Source: a virus (taxonomy: Duplodnaviria > Caudoviricetes). From it: 57,305 nt of DNA. Shown piece after piece: positions 45,170 to 54,513 of this stretch. Every line of letters starts with the position of its first letter. Positions within the stretch are counted from its first letter, which is position 1. The notes under the pieces were generated by a model that searched no databases, was not told the DNA's origin, and was given only the letters and a program-made list of their open reading frames with translations. The stretch is taken from the IMG/VR virus record IMGVR_UViG_3300035182_000325, positions 1 to 57,305 of that record. One strand, 5' to 3'. The position numbers and the translations under genes are program-made.

Positions 45170-46483
45170 CTACTTTCTTGCTCTAAGTTTTCTACGTTTC
45201 TCAGTGTATTGGGGTAGGTAGATATATTTTACACCCTTAGGTAGGTGTCCGTGAAGATACTTTTGTTTCTCCTCCCCTCCATAGAGTAAGAATGCTTCAG
45301 GTTTACGTACAGAGATAATTAGTTTAATGAAGGAGAGAAGTCCCTCATTGTCTGACTTTCGGCATTGGATCGCAAGTGAGGGACAATGCTTAGGAAGTGT
45401 TTCCAGAGCAAACTCTCTAGTTGTAGTCGCATCACCCAAGGATTGGATAGAAGGTACAATCGGGAAACCCAGTTCTTGCCAGAATCTTCCGACCCACCTG
45501 GAGCGATACAGAGAGAAGATACGTAGTGCTCCTGGCCAATCTGAGTAAGTGCTAAAATCTGGGGTGAGGACACATTTAGGTTGCAGATCGTTAAGATATT
45601 CTGCGAATACTCCTGCGTTGGAATAGCTATCGTTAAATCTATGGTCTTCTGTATAGAATCCAAGAGTTCCAATAGGTTCTCCTTCGGTAAACGGGCCGGA
45701 AGATACGCAAAAATAGGCGTCCTCTCCATAAGCGTCTCTAACGTATGTTCTGGAGGGCAAGAGGTCTGGTCCAGCAAGTTCTGAAGAAAGGAGTTCTGGA
45801 ATTCCCAGCCATGTTGTCCCGTTAAACATAACGTCATCATTGATAATTTCGGCATGCACATCCCGTTCGATCCCATCTCCTGGTTCGTAGGATTGTTCAG
45901 GTCCATCTTCTGGTTCCTCTTCTTGTTTAATCTTGGGTGGACGAATCTTCTTCTTACTCTGGGGGAGAAGGACAGATGGTGAGTCTTCGTTCTCAGATAC
46001 TTCAGATAGGTCTTCGTAGAGTTGGGCTAGCTTCTGTTCTTGTGCGTTCTTAACTTTGCCCATTCTCTCCTTGGTAGCTTCAGTTAAGGATTTCAGAGCT
46101 TCGTTGTTACGCTTAGCTAAGAGTCCAATGTTGTCTAGGGTAGCTAGGACTTCATTCTCTCCATCCTCATCTACGTACTTAAGGATTACAGGGACATAGG
46201 GTTCTTTGTCCTTTATAGCTTCCTCTACTCGCATGTGACCATCTAGAAGCTTAGAGGTCTTGAGATTGTAGATTACGAAGCCTAACCAACCATACTTCTT
46301 CTTGAATGCGTTGAAGGTTGCTCTTTGACGTTGAGTATGAACTCTCCAATTCTTTGGATTCTCGTTTAGTGTTCTCGGGTCACACTGGAGGATGTAGAGG
46401 TCTACTTGATCTAGGTAGATTACCTGAGATTGTAATGACTTTGGGAGTGCTGAAAGAATTGGGTTGAGTTTAGACTTAGCCAT
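45170..46483 (-). CDS. ParB-like N-terminal domain fused to a DUF4417-like domain
   Basis: NPKNWRVH...LLDGHMR; FYTEDHRF...TPDFSTYSDWP...YRSRWVGRFWQ..G..IVPSI. Confidence 0.75.
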   Translation of the reverse strand: MAKSKLNPILSALPKSLQSQVIYLDQVDLYILQCDPRTLNENPKNWRVHTQRQRATFNAFKKKYGWLGFVIYNLKTSKLLDGHMRVEEAIKDKEPYVPVILKYVDEDGENEVLATLDNIGLLAKRNNEALKSLTEATKERMGKVKNAQEQKLAQLYEDLSEVSENEDSPSVLLPQSKKKIRPPKIKQEEEPEDGPEQSYEPGDGIERDVHAEIINDDVMFNGTTWLGIPELLSSELAGPDLLPSRTYVRDAYGEDAYFCVSSGPFTEGEPIGTLGFYTEDHRFNDSYSNAGVFAEYLNDLQPKCVLTPDFSTYSDWPGALRIFSLYRSRWVGRFWQELGFPIVPSIQSLGDATTTREFALETLPKHCPSLAIQCRKSDNEGLLSFIKLIISVRKPEAFLLYGGEEKQKYLHGHLPKGVKYIYLPQYTEKRRKLRARK

Positions 46484-46731
46484 TATCGTTGTTCTACTCC
46501 AGCTATTGCTGCTGCTAATTGTTTAACAAGGTTACCAGTAAGCATAGCTACGAATTCATCACCATCAATGGTTTTGAATTGAAAGTCTACAGTTGGTCTT
46601 CCTTCTACAGTGCCATTTTTAACAATGATTGCTGTATGAAGAGTTGCGGCTCTAATGTCGATTGCATCTCTACGATAATGTGGGGCGTTTTCGGGGGAGT
46701 CTGCTATCAATATCCGTAACGAGTTTGTCAT
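46483..46731 (-). CDS. Hypothetical protein
   Basis: GT..GRPTVDF...FVAMLTG; coupled to the downstream gene. Confidence 0.55.
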   Translation of the reverse strand: MTNSLRILIADSPENAPHYRRDAIDIRAATLHTAIIVKNGTVEGRPTVDFQFKTIDGDEFVAMLTGNLVKQLAAAIAGVEQR

Positions 46732-47053
46732 GATTACCTTTCAACTTTTGAGCGAGTAGTTTCTTACGAGCCTTGAGGGTAGTAGGATTCCCTCCGACAC
46801 TCTTCTTTACCTTAGGAACGTGGTAAGCAGTTTTCGTCTTTGATTCTTGAACAGTTCTAAAGTACTTATGTTGAGCGAACTTTTTAATATCCTCAACATC
46901 CTTGAAATTGTTCTCCAGTCTCTCCTTATCGGTGAGGATGATTACTGCGTCTTTGTACGTACACACCAAGTCTTCCCCAGTCATACCGATTAGGACTACT
47001 TCTGGTTTCTTTGGTGTAGTTGCTTGTTCTAAGCCACTCATCATAACACCCAT
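46670..47053 (-). CDS. Hypothetical basic protein
   Basis: ORF on the coding strand. Confidence 0.45.
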   Translation of the reverse strand: MGVMMSGLEQATTPKKPEVVLIGMTGEDLVCTYKDAVIILTDKERLENNFKDVEDIKKFAQHKYFRTVQESKTKTAYHVPKVKKSVGGNPTTLKARKKLLAQKLKGNHDKLVTDIDSRLPRKRPTLS

Positions 47054-47139
47054 TTTGATAACGTCTTAAAACGGTAGAGACAGTTGACCTAGATAAGCTC
47101 CGTTGAAGAATGCTTTCTGAGGTCCGTAAATGACAGCCA

Positions 47140-47328
47140 TTATGACCTCTGTAAATGGGTCCAGGATCGTCGGGCTCTGATATCCTTGATCGTCTTGACA
47201 GAAACATTGTACTCGTTGGCAAGTTTAATGGCTGGAGTGTTGATCGTTGAATCAAGGATATCTTGGGCTTGCTCCTTAGTCAGTTTCCGTTGAGCAAGTT
47301 TAACGGACTTTGGTAGTTCTCGTTTCAT
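47140..47328 (-). CDS. Stand-alone HTH protein resembling the C-terminal DNA-binding domain of HNH endonucleases
   Basis: KLTKEQA..I...LANEYNVSVKTIKDI....SWTHL. Confidence 0.65.
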   Translation of the reverse strand: MKRELPKSVKLAQRKLTKEQAQDILDSTINTPAIKLANEYNVSVKTIKDIRARRSWTHLQRS

Positions 47329-47588
47329 TTGATTAAGTCATTAAGGAGGAGTGATTCGCCAGTAGTAATGTTGAGTCCCCAAATGTTGTGCTCAAGTTCT
47401 TCAGTACTTAAGTCCTTTCCAGGTACTGAGGGAAGCTTACCAATGAACTTACCTCTGAGGTCCTGGATGAGAGCATCCATATCGTCGTACTGGACAGTAC
47501 GGAGCTTTTCATCTCCTGTAGGGAGTTGGAGGGTTCGAGGTTGAAAACCACCTGATAGAATTACAATCCACATTCGTCTAGCTTTCAA
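47325..47588 (-). CDS. Hypothetical protein
   Basis: ATGA-coupled ORF. Confidence 0.5.
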   Translation of the reverse strand: MKARRMWIVILSGGFQPRTLQLPTGDEKLRTVQYDDMDALIQDLRGKFIGKLPSVPGKDLSTEELEHNIWGLNITTGESLLLNDLIK

Positions 47589-47657
47589 AGGGTTAAAGGA
47601 GGGGCCTAGGGATTCAAACCCTTGGTTTAACGGATGTGCCGCGACCCCATATAAAAA

Positions 47658-48026
47658 CTACTGAGGGAGTTTGATTTCGATAATCAAGGTACGCTTACCA
47701 TCATCTGAGTTGAAAGATGCAATCCCTAATACTCGGGTTCCATCCTCTAGCATGTTCGCAACATTCCTTAGGTCTGCTGCCATGAGCTTAGCATCTCCTG
47801 AAGTTGCTTGTTCTCCTGGAGGGAGAGTAGTACCCGTCGCAACAGAATCAAAGAACGCGTTAAGGTCATTGATTGCTGCTTGACGGATTCCAGGAGATAG
47901 GATTTTATTAATGTCGAACTGGAACATTGACCGTACTGCGATTTCAGTAATGGTCGGGCCCTTGAGTGCGCTAGAGTTAGGGTTCTGTTCTACTCGCATT
48001 AACTTTTGAACATAGGATACGATCAT
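47658..48026 (-). CDS. Hypothetical protein
   Basis: ATGA-coupled to the primase-helicase. Confidence 0.55.
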   Translation of the reverse strand: MIVSYVQKLMRVEQNPNSSALKGPTITEIAVRSMFQFDINKILSPGIRQAAINDLNAFFDSVATGTTLPPGEQATSGDAKLMAADLRNVANMLEDGTRVLGIASFNSDDGKRTLIIEIKLPQ

Positions 48027-50125
48027 GAGGTTACTTTTCGTCTAGGGAGTTTACTGAAGCGGGATTGTTTCTTAGGAGTTGCGTTGTCTAAGCAGCCCTG
48101 AATAGTTTCGCTTACTTGGTAGAAAGAAGCATCTCTTCCTCTTTGCCCAGAACCGTTGTTGACTTTGCACTTCTCTAGGATGTTTAAGTGACAGAAGTCA
48201 ACGATGATCTGATGTACTCTAGTCTTCGGGATTTGAAGACGATTTACTAAAGTGTTTATTGAGCAAGCTTTTACTTTATGTATATAGTTTATACACTCTA
48301 GAGCTAGTCCAGGGCAAGAGTCAAAAGCTACCTTTTGTAAAGTTTCGTAGATATCGGTTGTAACTTCTTCTTCTTGCTTTGCCCACATAAGACCCTTGGC
48401 TATGGTCTTGAGTTGTAAGGCAAAGCGAGTAGGAGACTCTGCTACAGGTCTAGCAATCATTCCCTCGAACCGATCCTTGCTTACCTTAGTTCTGAGTTTG
48501 GTTGCCAGCTTAGCGAGCATCTTAATACGTTCTTCAGTCTCCGTACCGACTTGAGGAGGTGTTGTGAAGTCTGTATTGTTATGAAGGTGACGTAGATATC
48601 CGAGCATATTCTCTCGGAGTATCTTTTCAATCTCAGGCCAATTGTCCTGATTCATCATAGCTTGATCCATCTGAGCATCTTCATCAAAGTCTCGACCTGC
48701 AAAGTCGATCTTGACAAAGCGTTCACCCATATCGGATTCGTTGAAGTTGTAGATAGCGTGGGTGACTCCAGCAATCATACAGAACTTTTTACCGTAGTAT
48801 TCCTTGGGAGCTTGGTTACCGAAGGTTACCTTTAAGACTCCCCCGTATGCTTCTTTGAGGAGTCCCCAAAGTTTTTGCTGTACCAAGATAGGAAGACTAA
48901 GAATACCAGTAAGATCGCCAATAACCAACGTCTTACGGTCGATGTTAGCCATAAGAGAGATTTCATCTACTTCTCCTTTTGACATACCAGAAACAAATGA
49001 TTCAGAAGTTACCTTAGAAGCGTATTCAAAGTACTCGTTAGTTCCTCCCAGAGAATCTAGGGCAGTTGACTTACCTGTTGATGCTGCACCTACTACCATA
49101 CTCCATAGAGGTTTATCGGGGAGGTGTACTGATAATGATGTTGCTACAAGGAACTCGTATGTTCGTCGCATAGATTCGTTAAGGTATAGATGTTCCTTGA
49201 TTACTGATAGCCATTGATCGTAACTCTCAACTGGTTCTATGTCTTCAATGGAGGTGCGGAAATGAGATTGACCATTGCCTGTATTCGTTCCACTTTCATC
49301 TATAGTAACGCCTTGAGGAGAGTTAGCCATATCCATTAGAGTAAGAGCTACAGAGGCTTTGTCTTTAGATGTCTTCCAGAGGTCTCGTACATCGTTAATC
49401 GTCTCTGGATCATGGTCTGGAGACCAACCAGCAAATGAGTACGTGAAACCCTTTGCTCGTTTGGTAACAAGCTTCTTACCGTCTTCACCTCCTTTATCCT
49501 GGTTAAAGAAGAATACTACGTTCTTACCCTTGACTGCTTTGTTCATATCTGGAGTCCAGGTTGTGGCTCCTGATGTTGATATCAATGATGGTGCTTTCAT
49601 CCCTGCTTTACTAAATGCAGACTTAGAAGCCCATAGATCCCACTCACCTTCAAACGCATGAATGTCTTCCGTGAAGCGTTTGTTGTCAAATGGTCGATAG
49701 AGTTTGATTGGTAGCTCTGGAGCCTTGAGGATACGGTATGGGTTGGACGATCCAGGCCAGAACACTCCTAAGTTATTCAGGCAGGTCCCTTTGTCCTTGA
49801 ATGATACTAACCAACGATTCCAGTTCTCATCGTAGGCTAATCCTGCTGTCTGTAGCGTCTTACTTAATACTGATCGCTCTCTACCAAGTTCCTTGTACTT
49901 CTGGAGAGGAGTGATATCCAAATACTGCTTATGGAGTTCAGTCAGGAATGCAAAGACATTACCCTGCATACCGCATTTAAGACAGCGGTACAATCCGTTA
50001 GTAACATTAACTGAAAAGTGGTTCTCCTTCTCACAACCAATGAAGGGGCAATCTCCATATTTGTTGTCACCTTTCTGTTCATTGAAAGTAACTTTGTAGA
50101 ATTCGTAAATGCGGATAAAGTCCAT
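48023..50125 (-). CDS. Primase-helicase: Zn finger, Toprim, MCM-like AAA+ ATPase, winged helix
   Basis: CPF..C..H...YRCLKC; FEGEWD; GAASTGKS; LVIGD; GERF; SPTR. Confidence 0.75.
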   Translation of the reverse strand: MDFIRIYEFYKVTFNEQKGDNKYGDCPFIGCEKENHFSVNVTNGLYRCLKCGMQGNVFAFLTELHKQYLDITPLQKYKELGRERSVLSKTLQTAGLAYDENWNRWLVSFKDKGTCLNNLGVFWPGSSNPYRILKAPELPIKLYRPFDNKRFTEDIHAFEGEWDLWASKSAFSKAGMKAPSLISTSGATTWTPDMNKAVKGKNVVFFFNQDKGGEDGKKLVTKRAKGFTYSFAGWSPDHDPETINDVRDLWKTSKDKASVALTLMDMANSPQGVTIDESGTNTGNGQSHFRTSIEDIEPVESYDQWLSVIKEHLYLNESMRRTYEFLVATSLSVHLPDKPLWSMVVGAASTGKSTALDSLGGTNEYFEYASKVTSESFVSGMSKGEVDEISLMANIDRKTLVIGDLTGILSLPILVQQKLWGLLKEAYGGVLKVTFGNQAPKEYYGKKFCMIAGVTHAIYNFNESDMGERFVKIDFAGRDFDEDAQMDQAMMNQDNWPEIEKILRENMLGYLRHLHNNTDFTTPPQVGTETEERIKMLAKLATKLRTKVSKDRFEGMIARPVAESPTRFALQLKTIAKGLMWAKQEEEVTTDIYETLQKVAFDSCPGLALECINYIHKVKACSINTLVNRLQIPKTRVHQIIVDFCHLNILEKCKVNNGSGQRGRDASFYQVSETIQGCLDNATPKKQSRFSKLPRRKVTS

Positions 50126-50160
50126 TTGATACTCGGGTAGGTCTAGAAGGTTCGGAGGAA

Positions 50161-50655
50161 TTAATTAGCTTTAGTTTGGGTTTCTGATTCTAGCCGTTCT
50201 AGCTCCATCTGAACACAACAGAACCAAGCTACTTTAGCTAAGTGTTTCTCTGATCGGTCTCCCTCTTTCCATTTGATTAGGTGGAGTATAGCGTGTTCTA
50301 GTCTTTCCTCTTGGAATTCAGGATCATTAACTCCCTGTTTCCAGTTGTCTCTACCATACCTTAATCCTTCAACGAAGATGCTTCCTATCTCTAGTACAGA
50401 GTACATTGGAACCATTGTTAGTCCGGTTCCAACTTTATCTGTCTTGGCTTTCTTCGGATCAGCTACTTGTTCTTTTTCCATCGGTGTCTCCTTAAATTGA
50501 GGATTGTTTAGTAGGTAGTATTGTTGAGTAAGGTCCATTTGTTTTTGTACCTGAAACCGTTCGGAGCATTGTTTACATAAGAAAGTTCGGGTAGCAGGAA
50601 AGTATCCCAATCGTTGACAGTTGCAATGAGGACATTTAGGGTAGTCCTCAATCAT
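50161..50655 (-). CDS. dATP/dGTP diphosphohydrolase domain protein (DUF5664-like)
   Basis: G..YGRDNWKQG...H...WKEGD..E.HLA..AW. Confidence 0.75.
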   Translation of the reverse strand: MIEDYPKCPHCNCQRLGYFPATRTFLCKQCSERFQVQKQMDLTQQYYLLNNPQFKETPMEKEQVADPKKAKTDKVGTGLTMVPMYSVLEIGSIFVEGLRYGRDNWKQGVNDPEFQEERLEHAILHLIKWKEGDRSEKHLAKVAWFCCVQMELERLESETQTKAN

Positions 50656-51389
50656 GGTGCTTGTCTTCCATGTTTACAGAATGCGGCGTAGGTAATAGGC
50701 ATACAAGTAGCAAATATATCCTCTACTCTACGGGCTGCTACTTCAATCTCGTACAGAGGATAGCTAACTTTATTAGCGTCAGCATCATGGGTTCGTAGTG
50801 ATAGAAACGCCATGAGAGAACGAGCATTGCAAGATACCCAGCAAGAGGAGTATATTCCTACTGGCAGGCAGTCTCGGGCTAGCCCTGGATCAATGCCCAA
50901 CTCAAGGTTGGCTTCGTACATTGGATACGCCATACGATAGGAGTGCTCCAGGTTGTCACAACATTGTGACCATTTTTCTAATCCTCCTTCTACTTCTCTA
51001 GGAGTGAGAAACTTTGGCCGTCCTGGTTTCCAATTCGGAACGCAGAGCATCGGACGATTATTCGGAGGCATATAGAACACCGGGTCTAATTTTTTATATC
51101 GTCCGCTCTCTTCGTTATATGAGAATCCGATTCGGTGACGATGCCACTCACGCCATACGAATATCGGGGCATGAACAAAGAATTGAAAGAAGTTATGTTC
51201 GAAGGGTGTACCGTGTCGATGTTGGATGAGATAGTTGATGAGCCCTTCAATCTCTGCTTCAGGTGGTTGAGTTTCCTGCCCTACTTGTCCGCGAGTAGAT
51301 ACTCTTGCAGCATGTAGTACAGATAGATCGTTGGCGGAAACTTGTTGTAGTTCTACCGTAATATTAGAAATAAACTTAAGTTCTGTCAT
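50652..51389 (-). CDS. thyX: Flavin-dependent thymidylate synthase
   Basis: AARVS, HGTPFEH, RHRIGFSYNEESGRY, ARDCLP, NARSLMAFLSLR. Confidence 0.93.
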   Translation of the reverse strand: MTELKFISNITVELQQVSANDLSVLHAARVSTRGQVGQETQPPEAEIEGLINYLIQHRHGTPFEHNFFQFFVHAPIFVWREWHRHRIGFSYNEESGRYKKLDPVFYMPPNNRPMLCVPNWKPGRPKFLTPREVEGGLEKWSQCCDNLEHSYRMAYPMYEANLELGIDPGLARDCLPVGIYSSCWVSCNARSLMAFLSLRTHDADANKVSYPLYEIEVAARRVEDIFATCMPITYAAFCKHGRQAP

Positions 51390-51660
51390 CTTGGACTGTT
51401 CTGATTTTATTAAGTTGAATTACTCTGTCAATTGCTTCTTGGTACGTACTAGCTTCATGGTAAAGTTTCAAACATTCTTGACTTACCATGTAAGGATGAG
51501 GTGGATCAGTAAGTACGTATACTGATCCACTTATCGTTGTGACCTTATGCCCATCTCTTGAAACGAGCATTGAGGTTCTTATATTCTTACCGTTATCGTT
51601 GACTCCAATTAAACATCGACCTGCTACGCACCAGTTACTGAGAGTCTTTTCCTTTAGCAT
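51376..51660 (-). CDS. Hypothetical protein
   Basis: L.NW...G..IRTS...T.SGSVY.L pattern of a small phage family. Confidence 0.55.
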   Translation of the reverse strand: MLKEKTLSNWCVAGRCLIGVNDNGKNIRTSMLVSRDGHKVTTISGSVYVLTDPPHPYMVSQECLKLYHEASTYQEAIDRVIQLNKIRTVQDDRT

Positions 51661-52420
51661 CGTTTAGCCCTTCTTCAATTTTGTTGATAAAAATCGTGGT
51701 CCAATCAATCCCATTGGAATACTCTTCTAAGATTTGTGCAATCACAGGTTCAGGAGCAACGTAGTTGGGTCCTTTAATGAACTTGGTATGTTCTCCGTTC
51801 CATAGCGGCTTACCATCGATTAACTTAGAGTCTTGGCTGTCTAGGATAGCATGAAGGATTGCTACGATTGGAATACCCCAGCGTTGAGCCTCTGATACTA
51901 CGTAGACAATAACATCACCTAAAGTATCCGCCACAGTTACTAAATCAATCGTATCGTCTGCTTCATCACCTACAATTGCTCCTCCAAACTCCTCTACTTC
52001 TTCCGAGAGGATTTTAACAAACGCTTCTAGTCTTACCTTCCCTAGATTGGTAGGCTTCTCCAGCATTGGGACTTCGAAGGTCTCTCCCATCTTACGAATA
52101 CGAGCAACGATACACTCAAAGGTATCTCGAAAGTCAATTCGAGGAAGGTCTTCAGGAACTGTTAGAGATGCGTCAATCTCTGGTTTGTATTGTTTGTTGT
52201 GTTCATCTCTTGATTCAAGACAACGATCAATCCATTGAGTTCGTGATAAACGGTCTCTGTCTTTCTCTCCAGCGTTGACCCAATCAGTTAGAACCTCATC
52301 AAACTCTACTGAGCACATACCATAGAAATATAGTGCCCAACGTAAGGCTGCTTTAGGACTATTGAACTCATTAACTGGAATTGCGGATTCAATGTTCTCA
52401 AACTTAAATGTAGCTTTCAT
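51635..52420 (-). CDS. MazG-like/PRA-PH family NTP pyrophosphohydrolase
   Basis: SEEVEEF...ADTLGDVIVY...SQDSKL..GKP...KFIKGPNYVAP; ATG 52420 follows the pol stop. Confidence 0.75.
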   Translation of the reverse strand: MKATFKFENIESAIPVNEFNSPKAALRWALYFYGMCSVEFDEVLTDWVNAGEKDRDRLSRTQWIDRCLESRDEHNKQYKPEIDASLTVPEDLPRIDFRDTFECIVARIRKMGETFEVPMLEKPTNLGKVRLEAFVKILSEEVEEFGGAIVGDEADDTIDLVTVADTLGDVIVYVVSEAQRWGIPIVAILHAILDSQDSKLIDGKPLWNGEHTKFIKGPNYVAPEPVIAQILEEYSNGIDWTTIFINKIEEGLNDAKGKDSQ

Positions 52421-52451
52421 CGTCTTGTCTTTCTGGAGGGGGGAGAAGTTA

Positions 52452-54425
52452 TTAAACAGCAATCGCTTCAGGGCTTCCCCAGTTGTGAGGAAGTTTTTCA
52501 GGTTTGGCTTTACATGGAACATTGAAGTTATCTCCAGCTTGTTCCATGAGGTCACATATATGTTTGACTGGGAACTCTACTCCCTTGGGGCATTGGAAGA
52601 GGAATTCATCGTGGACTTGTAGGATGATCTGAATAGATGGTTCGTTGAACTGGAGGTAATCGTAAATGTTTCCAAGAGTGTATTTAACAATGTCTCCCTC
52701 CGTTCCTTGTACTCTGTAATTAACTCCTGCGTAGGCTTTGTTTCGGGGGACTGTGAGGGGGTAGCCAGAAGCTGTTCTAATGAAACCATTCTTACGTACC
52801 TCTTCGGATGTAGAAGCGATGTAGGAAGCGACGTTAGGGTACATACGAGTAAACTGCTTATAGATTCCCTTCTTACCACAAATCAATTCGATCTTACGTT
52901 CTCCAGCACCAAAGATGATTCCGAAGTTTACGTTCTTAGCAATTCTTCGTTGAGATTTACTTGGAACATCTACCCCAAATATCTCTTGAGCAACTGTAGT
53001 GTGAAAGTCGAATCCTCTTCCTAGAGCATCCATTAGAGATTTCTCTCCAGAGAGGAATGCAAAGATTCTCATCTGAAGTTGGTCATAGTCGATAGCATAC
53101 CAATCGTATCCAGGAGGAGGACCAAATACCTTTCGCAATGAGTAAAGGATGATTTTATTACCGTCTTCATCTAGGTCTTCAGTCTCTCTACCTTTGGATA
53201 CGTTCTGTCCGTTTGGTTCTGAGGAGGAGAGACGGGTAGTAGCAGTCCCTACAATGTTCATGTTAGGGTGTAGGAAGCGATTGAATTGGAATCGATCATA
53301 AGATTCCAGATAGGTTACTGCTGTATTGGTAGCTCTGTATCGTAAGAGTGTTGCTGCAAAGCGTTTAGCCTGTAAGGTATTCTTCTGATAGAGTAACCCT
53401 GCCAATGCTCCTTTATCGGTGGATGGTGCTCCAGTCTTAGTAGTCTTCTCTGGTTGGAATCCAAAGTGAGAATAAAGAACTTCTTTGACTTGGGGTCCAG
53501 ATTCAGGGTTCAGATCTGGATCATCACAGAGGGTGCGTAGGGATGCTAGGAAGGTCTCTCGTTGGTCTCGATACTCTGCTAACTGATCGTCAAATTCATC
53601 AGGGAGAAGGTGGATACCATTCTCTTCCATATCGATTAGAGGGAAGAAGCAACGCTGTTGAATACGGTAAGCAGAAACTGCTTGTGGGTCCTCGTTGATT
53701 GACCCAACGAATACATTGAAGAGACCTGCTGTTCGTTCGGCATCTTGCTTGGCATATTTACCGCAGACATTAATAAGAAAGTCTCGATACTCTTTTGTTC
53801 CTTCAAAGTGTTCGGATTCAGCATAGGCTCTGGCAAGCCACATATCCATTTTGTGCCACTTCGATTTAGCTCCAGGGAATTGAGGATGATTTGGTCTTGC
53901 ATAATCCCAGCCTACTCTTTTAGCTACAAAGTGGAGTTTCTTGATTGTCTTGTCTAAGTCTTCTTCATCATCGTCTAGACAGTCCAGGTGGAGCACTGAG
54001 AGGTCTTTGAGACCCCTAGGGCCTTTGGAGTCTAGGAGGTGAGCTAGGACCATCGTATCGTGCATACGGGTTACGTCGAAGCTTCTGAAAAATCTTCGTA
54101 GGACTTTGCTTAGTTTCGAAAGTACTTTAACGTCAAATATGAGATTATGGAACACATAATGACCGTCCTTAAAGGACAGCACTAAAGCTTCCAGTTGCTT
54201 GATTAGCTTCTTAGTCCAAAGTGGTTTACGATTGGTGGGGTCTACAGGAACTTCGAAGTAATGAATGTTCCCTTCATTGTCACAAGTGGATACTGCGAAT
54301 GCTGCACAACCATGAACTAAATCCAAGCCTGAAGTTTCTGTATCCAAGGCAAGGAAGCGGGTAAACTTAATTTGATGAAACTTCTTGAATTTATTACGTT
54401 CTCGAAGATTAGCAAAGTCTACCAT
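52452..54425 (-). CDS. Family A DNA polymerase with 3'-5' exonuclease
   Basis: DTETSG, HNLIFD, TTRLSSSEPNGQN, motif A DYDQLQMR, motif B RIAKNVNFGIIFG, motif C VHDE. Confidence 0.93.
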   Translation of the reverse strand: MVDFANLRERNKFKKFHQIKFTRFLALDTETSGLDLVHGCAAFAVSTCDNEGNIHYFEVPVDPTNRKPLWTKKLIKQLEALVLSFKDGHYVFHNLIFDVKVLSKLSKVLRRFFRSFDVTRMHDTMVLAHLLDSKGPRGLKDLSVLHLDCLDDDEEDLDKTIKKLHFVAKRVGWDYARPNHPQFPGAKSKWHKMDMWLARAYAESEHFEGTKEYRDFLINVCGKYAKQDAERTAGLFNVFVGSINEDPQAVSAYRIQQRCFFPLIDMEENGIHLLPDEFDDQLAEYRDQRETFLASLRTLCDDPDLNPESGPQVKEVLYSHFGFQPEKTTKTGAPSTDKGALAGLLYQKNTLQAKRFAATLLRYRATNTAVTYLESYDRFQFNRFLHPNMNIVGTATTRLSSSEPNGQNVSKGRETEDLDEDGNKIILYSLRKVFGPPPGYDWYAIDYDQLQMRIFAFLSGEKSLMDALGRGFDFHTTVAQEIFGVDVPSKSQRRIAKNVNFGIIFGAGERKIELICGKKGIYKQFTRMYPNVASYIASTSEEVRKNGFIRTASGYPLTVPRNKAYAGVNYRVQGTEGDIVKYTLGNIYDYLQFNEPSIQIILQVHDEFLFQCPKGVEFPVKHICDLMEQAGDNFNVPCKAKPEKLPHNWGSPEAIAV

Positions 54426-54442
54426 GATTCGCCTAGGTGTAG

Positions 54443-54472
54443 AAAATCCAGGGTAGGGTTAGTACCCTGGAT
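54443..54472 (-). terminator. Intrinsic terminator
   Basis: ATCCAGGGTA/TACCCTGGAT stem plus T-tract. Confidence 0.7.
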
Positions 54473-54513
54473 CAGAGATGAGATAGAGATTGATGAGACT
54501 ACTAGCAGATCAG

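Noticed and set aside
50161-54425. 2-aminoadenine (Z) or 7-deazaguanine DNA pathway
   Set aside because: Nucleotide hydrolases are present, but I see no PurZ, FolE/QueCDE or DpdA motifs.
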